Origin: the human T2T-CHM13v2.0 reference genome, Homo sapiens
Assembly: GCF_009914755.1 (NCBI RefSeq)
Contig: NC_060925.1
Length of the DNA: 64,000 nucleotides
Strand: one strand, 5' to 3'
A program made the translations under genes and the position numbers. Position 1 is the first letter of the stretch, and the number at the start of each line of letters is the position of its first letter. The notes beneath the pieces were generated by a model that saw only the letters and a program-made list of their open reading frames with translations, made no database searches and was not told where the DNA came from. Positions 55,056-64,000 of the stretch are shown here, one piece after another.

Positions 55056-56863
55056 CTTGCTTTTCCCACAGATCCTTGCAACCCACAAATAAGGAAGTCC
55101 CTCATGACCCCAAGCACATAGCTGTGCAGACTCACAGGGACTGCTCGGGTAGGTGGCTGCTCGAGCAGGCACTGAGACACAGGAGTTTTTGCATTGTCTG
55201 GTTCTGGAAACTCCAGTGAGGCACAGCAGGCTGGAGACTGCCTAAGAAGACTGAGTACTGGCAATGGGTAGGGATGGCCACCATCACTAGGGCTCCAGTT
55301 GGTTGTTTTCCCCTGCTGCCAGTGCCAGCAAGACTGGGCAATTTGGACAAGGAGCAATTCCCCACAGCGCAGCACAGCAGCTGGGACAGTTCAAGGCCAG
55401 ACAGCGGGACCCAGATCCACTCCTAACCAGGAAGAACCCCTCTGTGAGAATTTCAGCATCCCCAACCAGGGGTTTATAAACAGAACTCTGATATCCCTGA
55501 GAGAAGCTCCTAGGAAGAGGGGCGGCTGCAGTATTGTCAATCAGTGGTCTTAGTCTTTTCTAACTGCTGGCTCTCAGGAGTCAGGGTAGCCCGAGGATTC
55601 TGCCCAACTGCAGCACACCCGCTTTGCCAAGGGGAAGCCAGACCCCTTATTTAAGTGGGTCCCTGATCCCACTCCGCCTGACTGGGTGAGACCTCCCAAC
55701 AGGAGTCTCCAGAAACCTCATGCAGGAGCATTCCAGCCAGCATCAGGTCAGTGACCCTCTGAGACAGAGCTCCTACAGTAAGGAACAGGCTGACATCTTT
55801 GCTATTCTGCAGCCTCCACTGGTGATAACTCCAGGGGTAGGAGGGACCCAAGTGAATAGGGTCTGGAGTGGACCCCAAGCAAAACGCAGCAACCCTAAGG
55901 AAGAGGGGTCTGATTGCTAAAAGAAAAACAAGTGCAAAGAAACAACAACAACATAAATGAAAAACACCCCACAAAACCACATCCAAGGTCAGCATCTCAA
56001 AGATCAAAAGTAGATAAACCCATGAAGATGAGAAAGAATCAACATAAAAATGCTGAAAACTCAAAAAGCCAGAGTGCCTCTTCTCCTCCAAATGATCACA
56101 ACACGTCTCCAGCAAGGGCACAGAACTGCGCTAAGGCTGAAATGGATGAATTGGAAGAAGTAGGCTTCAGAAGATGGGTAATAACAAACTTTACTAGCTA
56201 AAGGATTATGTTCTAACTCATTGCAAAGAAATGAAGAAGCATGACAAAACATTACAGGAACTGTTAACTAGAAAATAAAACAGTTTAGAGATGAATATAA
56301 CTGACCTGACGGAGCTGAAAAACACAACATGAGAAGTTCACAATGCAAACACAAGTATCAACAGCCAAATAGACCAAGCAGAAGAAAGGATATAAGAGCT
56401 TGAAGACTGTCTTGCTGAATTATGGAAGGTAGATGAGATTAGAGAAAAAAGAATGAAAAGTAACAAACAAAACCTCCGAGAACTATGGGATTATATAAAA
56501 AGACTGAACGTACGACTGATAGAGGTATCTGAAAGAGACCGGGAGAATGGAACCAAGTTCAAAAACACACTTCAGGATATCATCTAGGAGAACTTCCCCA
56601 ACCTAGCAAGATAGTCCAATGTACAAATTCAGGAAATACAGACAACCCCAGTAAAGTACTCCATGAGAAGACCAACCCCAAGACACATAATCATCAGATT
56701 CTCCAAGATCGAAACGAAAGAAAACATTTTAAGGGCAGCCAGAGAGAAAGGCCAGGTCACCTATAAAAGGAAATCCAACAGACTAACAGCAGACCTCTTA
56801 GTGGAAACCCTACAAGCCAGAAGAGATTGGGGGCCAATATTCAACATTCTTAAAGAAAAAAAT

Positions 56864-58146
56864 GTCCAGGAGCAGGTTGTTCAATTTCCATGTAGTTCAG
56901 CGGTTTTGACTGAGTTTCTTAATCCTGAGTTCTAGTTTGATTGCACTGTGGTCTGAGAGACAGTTTGTTATAATTTCTGTTCTTTTACATTTGCTGAGGA
57001 GTGCTTTATTTACAACTATGTGGTCAATTTTGGAATAGGTGAGCTGTGGTTTTGAGAAGAATGTATATTCTGTTGATTTGGGGTGGAGAGTTCTGTAGAT
57101 GTCTATTAGGTCTGCTTGGTGCAGAGCTGAATTCAATTCCTGGATATCCTTGTTAGCTTTCTGTCTCGTTGATCTGTCTAATGTTGACAGTGGGGGTTAA
57201 ACTCTCCCATTATTATTGTGTGGGAGTCTAAGTCTCTTTGTAGGTCTCTAAGGACTTGCTTTATGAATCTGGGTGCTCCTGCATTGGCAGCATATATATT
57301 TGGGATAGTTAGCTCTTCTTGTTGAATTGATCGCTTTATCATTATATAATGGCCTTCTTTGTCTCTCTTGATCTTTGTTGGTTTAAAGTCTGTTTTATCA
57401 GAGACTAGGATTGCAACCCCTGCCTTTTTTTGCTTTCCATTTGCTTGGTAGATCTTCCTCCATCCCTTTATTTTGAGCCTATGTGTGTCTCCGCACGTGA
57501 GATCGGTTTCCTGAATACAGAACACTGATGATCTTGACTCTTTATCCAATTTGCCAGTCTGTGTCTTTTAACTGGAGCATTTAGCCCAGTTACATTTAAG
57601 GTTCATATTGTTATGTGTGAATTTGATCCTGTCATGATGATGTTAGCTGGTTATTTTGCTTGTTAGCTGATGCAATTTCTTCCTAGCATCAATGGTCTTT
57701 ATAATTTGGCATGTTTTTGCAGATGCTCATACCGGTTATGCTGGTACCAGTTCCTTTCCATGTTTAGTGCTTCCTTCAGAAGCTCTTGTTGGGCAGGCCT
57801 GGTGGTGACAAAATCTCTCAGCATTTGCTTGTCTCTAAAGGATTTTATTTCCCCTTCACTTTTATGAAGCTTAGTTTGGCTGGATATGAAATTATGGGTT
57901 GAAAATTTTTTTCTTTAAGAATGTTGAATATTAGCCCCCACTCTCTTCTGGCTTGTAGAGTTTCTGCCAAGAGATCAGCTGTTAGTCTGATGGGCTTCCC
58001 TTTGCGGGTAACCCAACCTTTCTCTCTGGCTGCCCTTAACATTTTTTCCTTCATTTCAGCTTTGGTGAATCTGACAATTAAGTGTCTTGGAGTTGCTCTT
58101 CTCGAGTAGTATCTTTGTGGCATTCTCTGTATTTCCTGAATTTGAA
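56864..58146 (-). mobile_element. Inverted 5' part (ORF1 3' half plus EN domain) of a twin-primed L1PA5/6-like element
   Basis: Minus ORFs 56897, 57178 and 57845 give EN and ORF1p peptides; TGAA microhomology at the junction 58143-58146. Confidence 0.95.
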
Positions 58147-58538
58147 GGCAGAAATAAAGATGTTCTTTGAAACCAATGAGAACAAAGACACAACATACCA
58201 GAATCTCTGGGACACACTTAAAGCAGTGTGTAGAGGGAAATTTATAGCACTAAATGCCTACAAGAGAAAGCAGGACAGATCTAAAATTGACACCCTCACA
58301 TCACAATTAAAAGAATTAGAAAAGCAAGAGCAAACACATTCAACAGCTAGCAGAAGGCAAGAAATAACTAAGATCAGAGCAGAACTGAAGGAGATAGAGA
58401 TACAAAATCTCTTCAAAAAATCAATGAATCCAGGAGCTGGTTTTTTGAAAAGATCAACAAAATTGATAGACTGCTAGCAAGACTCATAAAGAAAAGAGAG
58501 AATATTCAAATAGATGCAATAAAAAATCATAAAGGGGG

Positions 58539-61474
<2,936 letters not shown>

Positions 61475-63789
61475 ACAGTGAGACCACTTGGACACAGGAA
61501 GGGGAACATCACACACCGGGGCCTGTTGTGGGGTGGGGGAATGGGGGGAGGGATAGCATTAGGAGATATACCTAATGTAAATGACGAGTTAATGGGTTCA
61601 GCACACCAACATGGCACATGTATACATATGTAACAAACCTGCATGCTGTGTACATGTACCCTAGAACTTAAAGTATAATAAAAAAATAAAAAGAAAAAAA
61701 ATTTTCAACCTAAAATTGTATATCCAACAAAACTAGCTTCATAAACAAAGGAGAAATAAAATCTTTTTCAGATAAGCAAATGCTGAGGGAATTTGTCACC
61801 ACTAGGCCTGCCTTGCAAGAGCTCCTGAAGGAAGCATTAAATATGGAAAGGAAATACCATTATCAGCCACTAAAAAAACACATTGAAGTACACAGACCAA
61901 TGACATCATGAAGAAACTACATAAACAAGTCTACAAGATAACCAGTTAGCATCATGCTAACAGGATCAATTTCACACATAATAATATTAACCTTAAATGT
62001 AAATGGGTTAAATGCCCCAATTAAAAGACACAGAATGGCAAGCTGGATAGAGTCAAGACCTATTGGTGTGCTGTATGCAAGAGACCCATTTCACATGCAG
62101 GCTCAAAATAAAGGGATGGAGGAAAATTTATCAAGCAAATGTAAAACAGAAAAAAGCAGAAGTTGCAGTCCACTTTCAGACAAAACAGACTTTAAACCAA
62201 CAAACATCAAAAAATACAAAGAAGGGCATTACATAATGGTAAAGGGTTCAATTCAACAAGAAGTGCTAACCATCCTAAGTATACACACACCCAGATTCAC
62301 AAAACAACTTCTTAGAGACCTACAAAGAGACTTAGACTCACGCACAACAATGCACCCAGTGTCAATATTAGACAGATCATTGAGACAGAAAATTAACAAA
62401 GACATTCAAGACTTGAACTCAGCTCTGGACCAAGTGGACCTGATAGATATATACAGAACTTGCCACCCCAAAACAAGAGAATATCTTTTTCTCAGTGTTA
62501 CATGGCACTTACTCTAAAATCAATCACATATTTGGAAGTAAATCACTCCTCAGCAAATGCAAGGCTACAGTAACCGAAACAGCACCAGTACCTTTACTTA
62601 CACCTTATACAACAATTAACTCAAGATGGATAAAAGACTTCGATGTAAAACCCAGAACTATAAAAACCCAAGAAGAAAATCCAGGCAATACCATTCAGGG
62701 AATAGGCATAAGCAAAGATTTCATGACAAAATCACAAAAAGCAATTGCAACAAAAGCAAAAAAATGATGAATAGGAGCTAATTAAACTAAAGTGCTTCTG
62801 CACAGCAAAAGAAACTATATCATCAGACTGAACAGGCAACTACAAAGTAGGAGAAAATTTTTTCAATCTATCCTTCTGACAAAGATCTGATATCTAGAAT
62901 CTACAAGGAACTCAAACAAATTTACAAGAAAAAAGAAACAACCCTATTAAAAAGTGGGCAAAGGACATGAACAGACGCTTCTCCAAAGAATATATTTATG
63001 CAGCCAACAAACATGAAAAAAAGCTTAACATCACTGATCATTAGAGAAACGCAAATCAAAACCACAATGAGATACTATCTTGCACCAGTCAGAATGGCTA
63101 TTGTTAAAAAGTCAAGAAATAATAGATGTTGGCGAGGTTGTGGAGAAATAGAAATGCTTTTACACTGTTGGTAGGAATGGAAATTAGTTCAACAATTGTG
63201 GAAGACAGTGTGGTAATTCATCAAGTATCTAGAACCAGAAATACCATTTGACCCAGCAATCCCATTACTGGGTATATACCCAAAGGAATATAAATTGTTC
63301 TATTACAAAGATATATGCACATGTATGTTCACTGCAGCACTATTCACAATAACAAAGATGTGCAATCAAGTCAAATGCCCATCAATGATAGATTGGATAA
63401 AGAAAATGTGGTGCATATACACCATGGAATACTATGGAGTCATAAAAAAGATTGAGATCATGTCCTTTCCAGGGACATGGATGGAGCTGGAAGCTATTAT
63501 CATCAGCAAACTAACACAGGAACAGAAAAACAAATACCACATGTTCTCACTTGTAAGTGGGAGCTGAACAATGGGAACACATGAACAAAGGGAGGAGAAC
63601 AACACACACTGTGGCCTGTTGGGGGGTCATGCAGGGGGAGGGAGAGCATTAGGAAAAATAGCTAATGCATGCTGGGCTAAATACCTAGGTGATGGGTTGA
63701 TAAGTGCAGCAAATCACCATGGCACACATTTACCTATGTAACAAACCTGCATATCCTGCACATGTACCCCAAAACTTAAAAATAAAAAT

Positions 63790-63955
63790 TTGCAAAATAT
63801 TTGAAATTGACACTTCACCAAGAAAGATATACCTATGGCAAATAACCACATAAAAGAAAATTCAACATAACTAGTCATTAGGAAAATGCAGATTAAAACC
63901 CCAGAGAGATACCACTACACACCTATCAAACTATCTCAAACTAAAAAGAATAGTC
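63790..63955 (+). mobile_element. Old L1M ORF2 3' fragment
   Basis: gacacttcaccaagaaagatatacctatggcaaataa...gataccactacacacctatc. Confidence 0.7.
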
Positions 63956-64000
63956 CTGTGGTTTGGATGTTTTGTTCCCTCCAAGTCTCATGTTGAAATG
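63956..64000 (+). mobile_element. Start of an MST-type MaLR LTR, cut by the window edge
   Basis: tgtggtttggatgtttt...ccctccaagtctcatgttgaaatg. Confidence 0.65.

Noticed and set aside
62545-62580. Spliced-L1 explanation for the 2-kb ORF2 deletion
   Set aside because: The junction keeps gcaag and shows microhomology; it does not fit GT-AG exon joining.

Overview
Repeat-dense primate genomic DNA, almost certainly human because it carries a near-consensus AluYa5. It has no CpG island and no protein-coding exon I can support, so it is intergenic or deep-intronic. By my rough tally about half the window is LINE-1. It includes three L1PA insertions with twin-priming 5' inversions (400-5540, 20505-23267, 56864-61690) and a 19-kb co-oriented nest of five L1s plus an Alu (44835-63955). 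It also holds a decayed ERVL provirus with an LTR16-type LTR, several solo LTRs (MLT1A0 x2, LTR33, LTR10C, MLT1J/K, MLT2A1, THE1C), hAT-Charlie MITEs (MER1A, MER58A), seven Alu pieces and many MIR/L2 relics. All long ORFs are L1 ORF1/ORF2, ERVL or Alu read-throughs. The most notable observations are: (i) two L1s 18 kb apart share many variants, including a frameshift; (ii) a tail-less L1PA3/4 5'UTR-ORF1 fragment carrying the ZNF93-site segment is patched into an older L1; (iii) a ~170-bp inverted repeat in the ERVL encloses sequence I cannot assign; (iv) several local templated-duplication scars occur; (v) there are candidate DUX4, p53 and RFX regulatory sites. I found no convincing new gene system. 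Repeat family names come from recalled consensus sequences, not from a search, and boundaries of old repeats are approximate.
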